A stretch of 64,000 nucleotides of DNA from Hyphomicrobiales bacterium (GCA_965222955.1 OZ244974.1:2178977-2242976), one strand, 5' to 3'; counted from the stretch's first letter, positions 46,886-56,469 are shown. A program made the numbers and translations. The notes: generated by a model from the letters alone, not told the origin.

Positions 46886-46905
46886 CGCCAATACCGCTGT
46901 AACGA

Positions 46906-48111
46906 TTATACATCGAGGCCCTTTTCCGTCCAGTATACAATGATCAGCGATGCAGCGCCCAATACCGCAAAACCGCCGACGAGGGGAACGATCGTACCAT
47001 CGAACCAGGCGCCGATCGCCCAGCCAAGGGGCAGAGCGATAAAGTTGGCGCCCGAACCAACAACCGCCGCCCCCAGTCCGGCCATGTGGCCCACCGGCTC
47101 CATGGCCAGGGCGTTGAAGTTACTGAACAGGATACCAAGGCAGAAAAAGGCGCCGAACAGCCATCCCATGAACACCCACAGGGGTGGCGCTTCAATACTC
47201 TGGATCACGACAGCCAGGAAGGCGCCGGATAAAACCGTCAGGCCAATGAGCGCGCGCCATGTCAGGTATCGCATGCCGAGCCGCATCACCATGTTGGCAT
47301 TGAAGATACTTGCTGCGCCAACGGCCAGGGCGGCAGCGCCGAAATATACGGAAAACCACAAGCCGGTATCGAAAACCAATTGAAATATTTGCGCAGCGGA
47401 ACTCAGATAGCCAAGAAATGCGCCAAAAATAACGCCGGTGGCCAGGGTATAGCCGGTCATCGCCCGATAGCTTAACGCCTCGGCAATGCCGCCGGCGATT
47501 TTCGTGAGCGAGAAAGGCCGGCGTGCGTTCGACGGCAGGGTCTCCGGCTGTCGCGCGGCAAACCACAGGAACGCAACAACCGCCATCAAGAGGAGCAGGG
47601 CGAAAATCGCCCGCCAGTTTGCCACCAGCATTACCCCCTGGCCTATCGCCGGCGCAACGGCCGGTACCAGTATGAAGATGGCCATGACAACAGACATAAT
47701 GCGGGCCATGGCGCGCCCGTCATAGCCATCGCGCACAATTGCCATGCTGACAATTCGCGGCGCTGCCGCGCCAAGCCCCTGCAGCACGCGGCCGGCAAGC
47801 ATGACGGCGAGGCTCTCCGCGATCATCGACGTTACGCAACCGATGATGAATATGACGTAACCGACGTAGATTACGGGCTTGCGCCCAAAGCTGTCTGCAA
47901 GCGGACCTGCCGCAATCTGTCCGACGGCAAAGCCAAGGAACATTGCTGTAACGATATGCTGGGCGGAATTGGCATCGCCTAGGCGCAGATCGCGTGCGAT
48001 ATTTTGCAACGCCGGCAACATCGCGTCGATGGACAGGGCGAGTATCGATACCATCATCGCAATCAGGGTAACAAATTCGCCAGGGGCCAAAGGCTTCGAG
48101 GGAGCTTTCAT
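46906..48111 (-). CDS. MFS transporter, Bcr/CflA drug-resistance subfamily
   Basis: 12 TM helices. LSIDAMLPAL, GPLADSFGRKP. Start at ATG 48111 (MKAPSKPL..). Confidence 0.8.
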   Translation of the reverse strand: MKAPSKPLAPGEFVTLIAMMVSILALSIDAMLPALQNIARDLRLGDANSAQHIVTAMFLGFAVGQIAAGPLADSFGRKPVIYVGYVIFIIGCVTSMIAESLAVMLAGRVLQGLGAAAPRIVSMAIVRDGYDGRAMARIMSVVMAIFILVPAVAPAIGQGVMLVANWRAIFALLLLMAVVAFLWFAARQPETLPSNARRPFSLTKIAGGIAEALSYRAMTGYTLATGVIFGAFLGYLSSAAQIFQLVFDTGLWFSVYFGAAALAVGAASIFNANMVMRLGMRYLTWRALIGLTVLSGAFLAVVIQSIEAPPLWVFMGWLFGAFFCLGILFSNFNALAMEPVGHMAGLGAAVVGSGANFIALPLGWAIGAWFDGTIVPLVGGFAVLGAASLIIVYWTEKGLDV

Positions 48112-48379
48112 CGTCACAGAGGTAAACGATCGCAGATGGCCTCGCAAGCAGGTTCGAAGTTCCACTGGGCGGCATATGGGATCGGTCCCCCGATCCCGAT
48201 TTCAGCTTGCGTTTTTTCGAGGTCTGTGAAAAAGTCCTTACCTGTCGCGTTGGAGCGCGTCATGGTCCGTGGAACACCATATTCCCTCATCGTTGCGCGG
48301 TTGTTTTCATACATGATGCGCGGATTTTTGTGTACGATATTGATATTTCATTGATACTTCAATGCGTCTTTGGTGGCAT

Positions 48380-48456
48380 CGGAGTGTGGCGCAGCCTGGT
48401 AGCGCACCTCGTTCGGGACGAGGGGGTCGCAGGTTCAAATCCTGCCACTCCGACCA
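48380..48456 (+). tRNA. tRNA-Pro (anticodon CGG)
   Basis: Hand-folded cloverleaf: acceptor CGGAGTG/CACTCCG, D stem GCGC/GCGC, anticodon stem CCTCG/CGAGG with loop TTCGGGA, T stem GCAGG/CCTGC with loop TTCAAAT, discriminator A and encoded CCA. 77 nt. Confidence 0.95.
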
Positions 48457-48460
48457 TTCC

Positions 48461-48515
48461 GTTGAACGTGAAAAAGTCCCCCGGCTTTGCCTCGGTCTAC
48501 TTTTTCACATTCAAC
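48461..48515. repeat. family C hairpin repeat, copy C4
   Basis: GTTGAACGTGAAAAAGTCCCCCGGCTTTGCCTCGGTCTACTTTTTCACATTCAAC. It starts 4 nt after the tRNA 3' end. Confidence 0.85.
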
Positions 48516-48518
48516 GGA

Positions 48519-49256
48519 CTACCCACGACGCAGGCGCGCAAATTCCGCATTGATAATCGGCACCTGCTTCGGATCAACAGCGATCATGCCACTAAAGCCG
48601 TTGCGAGCCGCCGCCCGGGCCGCCTGGCGCAATTCATTCGTATCATCAGCAAATGGATGAGGCGCCTCCATCGCATCCACCTGTGCAGCGCGCGCCGATT
48701 CCAGACAAATAAAACGCGCCAAATCGCGAAAGCCAAAGAGCTGGCCCGCAAAAAGAGAAACCATTGGGCGCGATATCTCGGCACCGTCCGGATGAAGATG
48801 CCGCGCCCACGTTAATGCACAAAGGCGCGGCGAGGCCGCAGCATAGACATGTTGACGACCCAATGATGCGCCAACATAAATCGAGGCAATGATCGCCGTG
48901 TTGCCTTCCTCAATGCCGTTTAGGGCTTCGTGAACGTTAAGCTTCGCATCAAGCCGGGTGATCTGCGCGCCGGTGGTGACGCCGGGCATCCAGACGAGTT
49001 CCGGACCATGAGCCATCACGGCCGCAAGATCGTCATCGGTATCGGGCGTTGCCGCATTGCCGATCCGCACACCCAGTAGCGGGCATTTCCCGGCTTTCCT
49101 CACGCCGCACAACCACGCCGCCGCCTCGCGCCGGGCAGTGTTCCTTTCATCGCCGTTTATACCGGCAAGATCACAAATAACCGCATCGGCGCCGCCTTGC
49201 ACAGCCGCATTCAATAAATTCGTGCGGTTTGCGGCAATAATCAGCAAGGAGCGCAT
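48519..49256 (-). CDS. HpcH/HpaI aldolase / citrate lyase beta (CitE)-like protein, apparently degenerate
   Basis: 245 aa from ATG 49256 (MRSLLIIAANR..GGADAVICDLAG..). The overall layout resembles CitE-like TIM barrels, but the positions I expect to read DLED and IE(S/T) read DLAG and IAS. Confidence 0.5.
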   Translation of the reverse strand: MRSLLIIAANRTNLLNAAVQGGADAVICDLAGINGDERNTARREAAAWLCGVRKAGKCPLLGVRIGNAATPDTDDDLAAVMAHGPELVWMPGVTTGAQITRLDAKLNVHEALNGIEEGNTAIIASIYVGASLGRQHVYAAASPRLCALTWARHLHPDGAEISRPMVSLFAGQLFGFRDLARFICLESARAAQVDAMEAPHPFADDTNELRQAARAAARNGFSGMIAVDPKQVPIINAEFARLRRG

Positions 49257-49400
49257 GGATCTTCTGAAAGCCACGACAGCAACGCCCACGATACCCGACG
49301 ATGATGGTTATGGTGAACGAATCATTAATAAATTTTGTGCGATGGTCAAGCATCAAAACCTCCAAGCGTGATTCGAAAACAAGAATGACAGGCTTTCCAA

Positions 49401-50822
49401 ATGATCATACAGCAATTTCTTCACTGGGTACGCACCGCTCAGACTACCGATCGTGAAGAGGCGACCTATGCGCTGGTACGCGCCTATTTGCGCGGGGATC
49501 TGGCGCAGGAAACCCCGGCGCTGGTGGACGCCGCCATGACGGTTCTGCTCGATGATGAATCGGCCCTCGTGCGTCGCGCCCTGGCCCTGGCCCTGGCGGA
49601 CTCGGAAAAAGCGCCGCGCCATATCATTCTCGGCCTGGCGGCCGATCAGCCCGATGTGGCCGGACCGGTCTTGCGGCAATCGCCCAAATTCATGGATGGC
49701 GAGCTTATCGATATTGTCATTGGCCGCGAGGAAAAAATCCAGCAGGCAGTTGCCGAACGAAAAAGCCTGAGCCCCATGCTGGCACGCGCCATCGCCGAAC
49801 ATGCCGGCAGCAAGGCCTGTTTGTCATTGCTTCACAACGCCAATGTGCAAATGCCGTCTGAATGCGTCATGCTGATTGCCGAGCGCCACGGCGCCAATGC
49901 CGAAATACACAAGGCATTGCGTGTTCATTCGCGCGCCAGCATCCGCATCAGACATACGCTGGTTGCCAAACTCGCCGAGTCGTTGAAGGATATGGCGAGC
50001 AGCCGGAACTGGATGCCCCGGGAACGCTCCGAACGCGTCACGCAGGACTCGCTGGAGCAGGCAACGGTGGAGATGTTGTTCGATTGTGACGATGCGGACC
50101 TGCCCCGCTTTGTCGCGTTTCTTGGCGAGCGCCGCCATCTGACCTCGGCACTGCTTTTGCGCGCCATTACGTCGGGGCGCATATCGTTTTTTATTGTCGC
50201 GCTGTCGCTGCTGGCCGATGTACCGGAGGAGCGGGTGTATGGCTTGCTTGAGGACGGTCGGGAATCGAATTTCCACGCCATTTACGAGCGCGCCGGTCTG
50301 CCGCAGGCGGCTTATCGCGCCTTCTTTATTGCCCTTGATGTTTACAAGCAGATCGCCGAGCCCGGTTATGCCAGGGACCCGGTGGCGTTTCGCCAGCGGA
50401 TGCTGGATACGGTCATCGAGCACTACTCGCGGCAAGCGACGTTGATTGGCGACAAGATCATCGTGTTCCTGCACCGGCTGGCGGCCGAAGCGAGCCGCGA
50501 TGCCGCCCGTGTCAACGCCCAAAGCGCCCTGCAGCAACTTGCCGATGAGGAAGGCTGGCAAATCGATATGCCCTCGGTGGACACCCACGGGGATCCCGTG
50601 GCGGGCGATAGCGACATCGATGCGGACACGTATCCGGATACGTTTTACGATCAGTATGATGATCAACACTGGCCGGCGGTTGAGGATATGGATGGCTACA
50701 GCGGTTACGCCTCCGACGGTGCGACAGGCTTTGTTCCGGCCGTGCCGGCAACGGCTGCCAACCCTGCGGGTTCGGGATTTGGCAAACGCCGCCAGCGCCC
50801 GGCCATCGAAAGCGCCGCCTGA
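49401..50822 (+). CDS. DUF2336 domain-containing protein
   Basis: 473 aa. Helical-repeat pattern (..LAADQPDVAGPVLRQSPKFMDGELIDIV.. / ..LLLRAITSGRISFF..) as in alphaproteobacterial DUF2336 proteins. Acidic C-terminal tail. Confidence 0.6.
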   Translation: MIIQQFLHWVRTAQTTDREEATYALVRAYLRGDLAQETPALVDAAMTVLLDDESALVRRALALALADSEKAPRHIILGLAADQPDVAGPVLRQSPKFMDGELIDIVIGREEKIQQAVAERKSLSPMLARAIAEHAGSKACLSLLHNANVQMPSECVMLIAERHGANAEIHKALRVHSRASIRIRHTLVAKLAESLKDMASSRNWMPRERSERVTQDSLEQATVEMLFDCDDADLPRFVAFLGERRHLTSALLLRAITSGRISFFIVALSLLADVPEERVYGLLEDGRESNFHAIYERAGLPQAAYRAFFIALDVYKQIAEPGYARDPVAFRQRMLDTVIEHYSRQATLIGDKIIVFLHRLAAEASRDAARVNAQSALQQLADEEGWQIDMPSVDTHGDPVAGDSDIDADTYPDTFYDQYDDQHWPAVEDMDGYSGYASDGATGFVPAVPATAANPAGSGFGKRRQRPAIESAA

Positions 50823-50941
50823 GGGACCATTCGCCCTGAACGGCGCGGCAGAACAAGCGGCCGCACGGTACTTGCCGGCAATGCAGCCGATAGCGCACCC
50901 GGCACTGGCGGCAACCACATGTGTTCCCTGTGAGATAATCC

Positions 50942-52279
50942 ATGGCTGTCGATGAACTCGCCAAACCTCTTGTTTTTTCGCGCTACGCCAGAGTCGAGCA
51001 CAATCACCTGGACACTGTGCTGACGGGCGGCGGGCTCGTTTGCGTGGCGGCGTTTTTGCTGGTACTGGCGTGGGGCGCGCTGGTCAATGACCGTCTGGGT
51101 GGCGAACCCCATGCGATCGTTGCCCTTAGCACCATGACGCCGGCTCCTGCCCCGCCGGCAAGCTCTTCTCCACCGGGGCTGGCATCGCGGCAGATCGCGG
51201 CGCTTGGCGACGACAACGGCGCCTTGCTTGAAAATGAGACGCTGGCACCGGACCGACACACCGATGAGGCGCTTCGCGATGCCGCCGATCCTCTTGCGAC
51301 ATTATCTGATTCTGAAGATAGCGCCGACGTCGATTTATTGATTGCGCAGGCGGAGGATGAGCTCAGCGATGCGCAACTCGCCGCCCTGGATCAATTTGGC
51401 GCGCGCGTCGATGGCGGCGATCCGGACGTCAAATCGACCGGCTCCGTTAGCAAGGCGCCGGCCTTTCGCAAGACCGCACGGCCGCTTGCCGAATTGGTGG
51501 AGGCGACGGAATACGGTCCGCTGCCGCGCATTGGACGCTCCGGCCGGCGCCCCCTCGAGGCCTATTCGCGCGCCACTTCCGCCCCGCACGGCTTTGGCGC
51601 ATTGCCGCGTATCGCCATTATGGTCGGCGGCCTGGGCATCTCGCAAACCGCGACCATGCGGGCCATCGACAATTTGCCGCCGCAGGTGACATTTGCCTTC
51701 GCGCCCTATGGCAATTCGCTTGGCCGCTGGACGGAACGGGCCCGCCAGCGCGGTCATGAATATCTGTTGCAGGTGCCGATGGAACCGATCAATTATCCGG
51801 CCAATAATCCGGGTCCCCATACCTTGCTGGCAAAGGCGCCACCGGCGCAAAACGCAAGGAAGCTGCGTTGGCTGATGGGGCGTATTCCCTCCTATACGGG
51901 GCTGGTAAACTATATGGGGGCGCGCTTCACCCAGGAGCCGGAGGCCATGGCGTCGGTTTTGAAACAAACAAGGGAACGCGGCCTGATGTATTTTGACGAT
52001 GGCAGCACCGCGGGCAGGACAACACGCAGCCTGGCGCGCAAGCTGGGGGCGCCCTATGCGCGCGGCGATCTTGTGATTGACGCCATTCCCACCAAGCGGG
52101 CCATTCGCCAGCGTCTGACGGACCTGGAGAATCTGGCGCGGCAGCGTGGCTTTGCCATTGGCATTGCGACCGGCTTGCCGGTCAGTATCGCCGAGATATC
52201 GGGATGGGCCAAGAACTTGCAGGGGCGCGGATTCTTGCTGGTGCCGATCAGTTCCATGGCGCGCGCGAGCGGCGCCTAG
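50942..52279 (+). CDS. divergent polysaccharide deacetylase family protein (YibQ-like)
   Basis: N-terminal TM and a low-complexity linker, then PRIAIMVGGLGISQTATMRAIDNLPPQVTFAFAPYG...LLQVPMEPINYP..NPGPHTLL. The TAG stop is part of the CTAG that opens A7. Confidence 0.7.
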   Translation: MAVDELAKPLVFSRYARVEHNHLDTVLTGGGLVCVAAFLLVLAWGALVNDRLGGEPHAIVALSTMTPAPAPPASSSPPGLASRQIAALGDDNGALLENETLAPDRHTDEALRDAADPLATLSDSEDSADVDLLIAQAEDELSDAQLAALDQFGARVDGGDPDVKSTGSVSKAPAFRKTARPLAELVEATEYGPLPRIGRSGRRPLEAYSRATSAPHGFGALPRIAIMVGGLGISQTATMRAIDNLPPQVTFAFAPYGNSLGRWTERARQRGHEYLLQVPMEPINYPANNPGPHTLLAKAPPAQNARKLRWLMGRIPSYTGLVNYMGARFTQEPEAMASVLKQTRERGLMYFDDGSTAGRTTRSLARKLGAPYARGDLVIDAIPTKRAIRQRLTDLENLARQRGFAIGIATGLPVSIAEISGWAKNLQGRGFLLVPISSMARASGA

Positions 52280-52344
52280 AGCCTGGGTATCGCCTCGCCA
52301 ATCGAGAAACAGAATTGCTTCTATTAAGACCTGACACGCTCTAG
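52276..52344. repeat. family A repeat, copy A7 (long form, one extended arm)
   Basis: CTAGAGCCTGGGTATCGCCTCGCCAATCGAGAAACAGAATTGCTTCTATTAAGACCTGACACGCTCTAG. Confidence 0.85.
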
Positions 52345-52428
52345 TGAAATCGAAAACCTCGAATGATCAGATGGATGGCCCGCAGAACCCGATGGGTTTT
52401 TCGAGAACAACGTGCTGAAAGATCACAT
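52345..52428 (-). repeat. family E repeat, half element (E12)
   Basis: ..GAATGATCAGATGGATGGCCCGCAGAACCCGATGGGTTTTTCGAGAACAACGTGCTGAAAGATCACAT. It is followed by CTGCAGCGTGTCCGG, a family A arm-like fragment (52429..52443). Confidence 0.75.
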
Positions 52429-52479
52429 CTGCAGCGTGTCCGGTTCTGAAAACCGGCGGCTGTCACGAAAGCGCACCAT

Positions 52480-52989
52480 ATGGCCCCGGACTCAATCGAA
52501 AACCTGCCGTATCGCAAGTGTGTCGGTATCATGTTGCTCAACCGCGACAATCGCGTATGGGTTGGCCGGCGCAAAAAGGGCAAGGGCGTTGTCGAGACAA
52601 CCGCCTGGCAGATGCCCCAGGGGGGCATCGATGGCGATGAAGCGCCGCTCGCCGCCGCCCGGCGCGAACTTTACGAAGAAACCAACGTGCGCTCCATCAC
52701 GGAACTCGATCGATCGCAGACGTGGTTTCGTTACGATCTGCCACCATCGCTGGTCGGCCTGCTATGGGGCGGGCGCTATCGTGGCCAGCAACAGCAATGG
52801 TTTGCCTTTCGCTTTGAGGGCGAGGACAGCGAGATCGATATTCATCGTCCCGGAGACGGCGTGTTCAAGGCGGAATTCGATGCCTGGCGCTGGCAGGATA
52901 TGGATACGCTGGTGGATAATATCGTCCCCTTCAAGCGCGACGTTTACCGGCGCGTGGTGGCGACCTTTTCCCATCTTCGGCATATGTAA
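52480..52989 (+). CDS. rppH: RNA pyrophosphohydrolase (Nudix)
   Basis: 169 aa. YRKCVGIMLLNRDNRVWVGRR, WQMPQGGIDGDEAPLAAARRELYEETNV (Nudix box), QQQWFAFRF. Confidence 0.9.
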   Translation: MAPDSIENLPYRKCVGIMLLNRDNRVWVGRRKKGKGVVETTAWQMPQGGIDGDEAPLAAARRELYEETNVRSITELDRSQTWFRYDLPPSLVGLLWGGRYRGQQQQWFAFRFEGEDSEIDIHRPGDGVFKAEFDAWRWQDMDTLVDNIVPFKRDVYRRVVATFSHLRHM

Positions 52990-53009
52990 GACATGACACG
53001 CTCGAAGGA

Positions 53010-53603
53010 TCAGTATCTCTCGCGGGGGTAAACGCCCCAGAGTAAATCCTGCTCGATCCAGCCGGACTGATCGGCCACATCGATCTGGCACCAGTTGTTA
53101 CGGCAACGGCGCAATGACGCCAATACGCCTGGTTCCAGACGGGCACGCACCATCGCTTGCCTGTCCGCTGCGGTGCGCAGGTCCATATACGATCCCTTCT
53201 GCCAGTCCCCCACCTGTACCGTACGCCGGCCGGAGAGCAGATTGCCGTGAACCCAGCCCTGGTTGCCGCGAATATCGCGTATTCGCCGCCAGTTGTCATG
53301 TTCCTGGATAACCTCGACGGGAAAGCCGGCGCGTACATACATCCATTTTACCCGATGCGCCAGGCTCGGCCCTTGCCGCACGTTCACCCTGGAGGATTTC
53401 AGGCTGACGAAACGCGGCAGTGCAAGGCCGCTGGGGCCCTTGCGCAAGGCGATGCTGGCCGTCTCGATTTGTCGATCAGATGCGACAAGCTGGCTCACCT
53501 GCGACATGGTCAGGACGCCGATCGCTGTTATCGCCACCGATGCAATTAGAAAACCCTTCGCCCGATGCAGAAAATCGATCCGCCCCATACCCGGATACCT
53601 CAC
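53010..53603 (-). CDS. SH3-like domain-containing protein (bacterial SH3_4 / DUF1058-type)
   Basis: N-terminal TM, then two SH3-like segments (LPRFVSLKSSRVNVRQGPSLAHRVKWMYVRAGFPVEVIQEHDNWRRIRD..GWVH and ..ARLEPGVLASLRRCRNNWCQIDV..SGWIEQDLLWGVY). Start uncertain. Confidence 0.7.
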   Translation of the reverse strand: MRYPGMGRIDFLHRAKGFLIASVAITAIGVLTMSQVSQLVASDRQIETASIALRKGPSGLALPRFVSLKSSRVNVRQGPSLAHRVKWMYVRAGFPVEVIQEHDNWRRIRDIRGNQGWVHGNLLSGRRTVQVGDWQKGSYMDLRTAADRQAMVRARLEPGVLASLRRCRNNWCQIDVADQSGWIEQDLLWGVYPRERY

Positions 53604-53627
53604 TATACTTTACACTGAACGCAACAC

Positions 53628-53687
53628 CAGATACATCTCGCCCAGATACATCTCGCCCAGATACATCTCGCCCAGATACATCTCGCA
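53628..53687. repeat. 15-bp tandem repeat, 4 units
   Basis: CAGATACATCTCGCC x3 perfect (53628..53672), plus CAGATACATCTCGCA (53673..53687). It starts 25 nt upstream of the SH3-gene ORF start, in a divergent intergenic region. Confidence 0.95.
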
Positions 53688-54084
53688 ATGAGCACCTGCT
53701 CCGCAATTTCTCTCCTTATACGTAGCATTGCCCTGCACAACCACTACGATTAGCGGCCACTGGCAGGCCCGCGATGCGACGACAAACAGCGGCCGGTTAA
53801 CCATGGGATCGCACGCCGTCGCGATGATTTCGCCTGTTTTGCCGCAAAATCGACCAGCGCCTGGTTAACAATTATGCGCCAGGAAGGTTAATGAAATCTA
53901 GCCAGGCCATGGCACTCATCAACAGAGGCTGCGCCCTTTCGCACGCCTATTGACAAATCCCCGACGGTCAGACCAAATAAACCCACGCCAAAGAAGGGGC
54001 GGTTACGTTCGCGCATCCGGTGCGCAACAGGCCGATCCCAGGTCATTACACCATCCCATAGGCGATCCTGCAGGGTTTATCGAA

Positions 54085-55107
54085 ATGACGCAAACCAGGA
54101 CCCGGGCGAGAACAAGTCTTAAAGTGCGACCCAAAGCGCGCGTCGTCGTCACCCGCCGGCTGCCGGAGCCGGTAGAGTCGCGATTGCGCGAGTTGTTTGA
54201 CGTCACCCTCAACGGCGCCGATGAGCCGATGTCACGTGATGCGTTGCTGGCGGCGGTTCGCGAGGTGGACATTCTGGTGCCGACAATAACCGATATAATT
54301 GACAAGGGAATACTCTTTCAGGCGGGCGAGCGGCTAAAGCTGATCGCGAATTTCGGCAATGGCGTCGACAATATCGATGTCGCGGCCGCCGACAGTCATG
54401 GCATCATGGTTACCAACACCCCCGATGTGCTGAGCGAGGACACAGCGGATATGACCATGGCGCTTATTCTGGCCGTACCGCGGCGCCTGAGCGAGGGGAT
54501 CCGTATCATGCGCTCCAACACATGGCAGGGCTGGTCGCCCACCTGGATGCTGGGGCGGCGCATCTGGGGCAAGCGTCTGGGCATTATTGGACTGGGGCGT
54601 ATCGGCCAGGCGGTGGCGCGCCGCGCGCGCGCCTTTGGCATGCGGGTTCACTATCACAATCGCCGCCGCGTTTCTGCCGCCCTGGAGGAAGAGCTCCAGG
54701 TGCGCTACTGGGAATCCCTCGATCAGATGCTGGCGCGGATGGATGTCGTTTCCATTCACTGCCCCCATACGCCGGCGACCTATCATTTGCTCTCGGCGCG
54801 GCGGCTGAAACTGTTGCCCCCCCATGCCTATATCGTCAACACCGCGCGCGGCGAGATCGTCGATGAGAATGCCCTGGTACGCATGTTGAACGGTGGCGAT
54901 CTGGCCGGTGCCGCGCTTGATGTGTTCGAACATGAGCCGGCGGTGAATTCCACCCTGGCGGCGTGTGAGCGCGTCCTGCTTTTGCCGCATATGAGTTCGG
55001 CCACGATGGAGGGGCGTATGGACATGGGCGAACGGGTTATTCTGAACATCAAGGCGTTTCTGGACGGCCAACGGCCGCCGGACCGGGTGGTGGCCTCGAT
55101 GCTGTAA
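54085..55107 (+). CDS. D-isomer-specific 2-hydroxyacid dehydrogenase (glyoxylate/hydroxypyruvate reductase-like)
   Basis: 340 aa from ATG 54085. GIIGLGRIGQAVARRA (NAD fold), NTARGEIVDE, HMSSAT. The TAA stop directly abuts E13. Confidence 0.85.
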   Translation: MTQTRTRARTSLKVRPKARVVVTRRLPEPVESRLRELFDVTLNGADEPMSRDALLAAVREVDILVPTITDIIDKGILFQAGERLKLIANFGNGVDNIDVAAADSHGIMVTNTPDVLSEDTADMTMALILAVPRRLSEGIRIMRSNTWQGWSPTWMLGRRIWGKRLGIIGLGRIGQAVARRARAFGMRVHYHNRRRVSAALEEELQVRYWESLDQMLARMDVVSIHCPHTPATYHLLSARRLKLLPPHAYIVNTARGEIVDENALVRMLNGGDLAGAALDVFEHEPAVNSTLAACERVLLLPHMSSATMEGRMDMGERVILNIKAFLDGQRPPDRVVASML

Positions 55108-55210
55108 ATGTGATCCTGCAGCAGCTTGTCCCTGGTAAACCCATCGGGTGCTGTTGGCCATTCATCTGCTCATTGCCTTTTTTCGAGAACACCCTGTTGA
55201 AGTTACCCAT
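55108..55210 (+). repeat. family E repeat, short full copy E13
   Basis: ATGTGATCCTGCAGCAGCTTGTCCCTGGTAAACCCATCGGGTGCTGTTGGCCATTCATCTGCTCATTGCC..CGAGAACACCCTGTTGAAGTTACCCAT. Confidence 0.8.
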
Positions 55211-55446
55211 GCAAACGCCGTCAGCCGGGCAGGTGGAGGGCGATCGCCGTCCGTGACATTTCGTCTTAACGCCAAGTTCGTTTTTTGGTTGCATGATACA
55301 TTACCCTGAAGGCATACTATGAGGCGCAAGCTGCGCAGGCGCTAACATGGCGCTCGGATTTTCCAGGCCGGTTGCACAAGGCGGGGCGCACCACAGATAA
55401 CGATAGTCAGCCACGAGGTATTATCGAACGACAGATCGGGAGGTCT

Positions 55447-56469
55447 ATGATGCCGCAATCACTTGCAAGTCAGCCGCGCGATAAAAAGAGCAAAAAGCGC
55501 AAGGCGCAAAACAAGACGCAGGCCAACGGCCATGCCAAACATGGCAGCGCGATTATCGACTATGCCGAAATGCTTGATGTGGGTCCACAGGATTCGTACA
55601 GCGCCTATGACCCGGAGGCCGTGCGCCGCGCCTTTGAGAGCGGCAAATATCCGTACAGTCATCGCATAAAGCGCAGCGAATACGAAAAACGCAAGAACGC
55701 CCTGCAGGTGGAACTGCTCAAGGCGCAGCGCTGGATTGAGGAGACCGGCCAGAAGATCGTCGTTTTGTTCGAGGGGCGCGACGCCGCCGGCAAGGGCGGG
55801 ACCATCAAGCGCTTTAACGAACATCTTAACCCGCGCAATGCACGTATTATCGCGCTCGCCAAGCCGACCGAGCGGGAAAAGTCCCAGTGGTTTTTTCAGC
55901 GCTATGTTCATCACTTGCCGGCGGCGGGCGAGATCGTCATGTTTGATCGATCCTGGTACAACCGTGCCGGTGTGGAGCGGGTCATGGGGTTTTGCACGCC
56001 CAACCAGTACCTTGAATTCATGCGCGAATGTCCCGATGTGGAGCGTATGATGGTTCGCTCGGGTATTCGCCTGTTCAAATACTGGTTTTCCGTCACCCGC
56101 AAGGAGCAATTGCGCCGCTTTCGTTCCCGCGAGGTCGATCCCCTAAAGCAATGGAAGCTCTCGCCGGTGGATATGGCCTCGCTCGACAAGTGGGATGATT
56201 ATACCGAAGCCAAGGAGGCGATGTTCTTTTACACCGATACCGCCGACGCCCCCTGGACAGTGGTCAAGTCAAACGATAAAAAACGCGCGCGACTCAATTG
56301 TATGCAACATTTTCTTTCATCATTGCATTATCCAAACAAGGACACCTCGGTTGTCATCGGTCCGGATCCGTTGATCGTCGCCTCAAGTTCCCATGTCATC
56401 GCCGATACACGCGATATTCTCGACAAAACCACGCATCCCAAAAAAAAGAAGAAAAGCAAATCCGATTGA
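55447..56469 (+). CDS. ppk2: polyphosphate kinase 2
   Basis: 340 aa from ATG 55447 (GGGAGG upstream). VVLFEGRDAAGKGGTI (Walker A-like), QRYVHHLPAAGEIVMFDRSWYNRAGVE, and a basic N- and C-terminus. Confidence 0.9.
   Translation: MMPQSLASQPRDKKSKKRKAQNKTQANGHAKHGSAIIDYAEMLDVGPQDSYSAYDPEAVRRAFESGKYPYSHRIKRSEYEKRKNALQVELLKAQRWIEETGQKIVVLFEGRDAAGKGGTIKRFNEHLNPRNARIIALAKPTEREKSQWFFQRYVHHLPAAGEIVMFDRSWYNRAGVERVMGFCTPNQYLEFMRECPDVERMMVRSGIRLFKYWFSVTRKEQLRRFRSREVDPLKQWKLSPVDMASLDKWDDYTEAKEAMFFYTDTADAPWTVVKSNDKKRARLNCMQHFLSSLHYPNKDTSVVIGPDPLIVASSSHVIADTRDILDKTTHPKKKKKSKSD

Noticed and set aside
49824-50918. 364-aa minus-strand ORF
   Set aside because: It is antisense to the DUF2336 gene and shows shadow-ORF composition.
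53263-53804. Track ORFs encoding pentapeptide repeats (RYISP x4, DTSRP x4, GEMYL x4)
   Set aside because: They are artefacts of reading a 15-bp tandem DNA repeat in three frames. The plus-strand ones are antisense to the SH3 gene, and the minus-strand 64-aa ORF has no RBS or recognisable fold. I report it as a DNA repeat instead.
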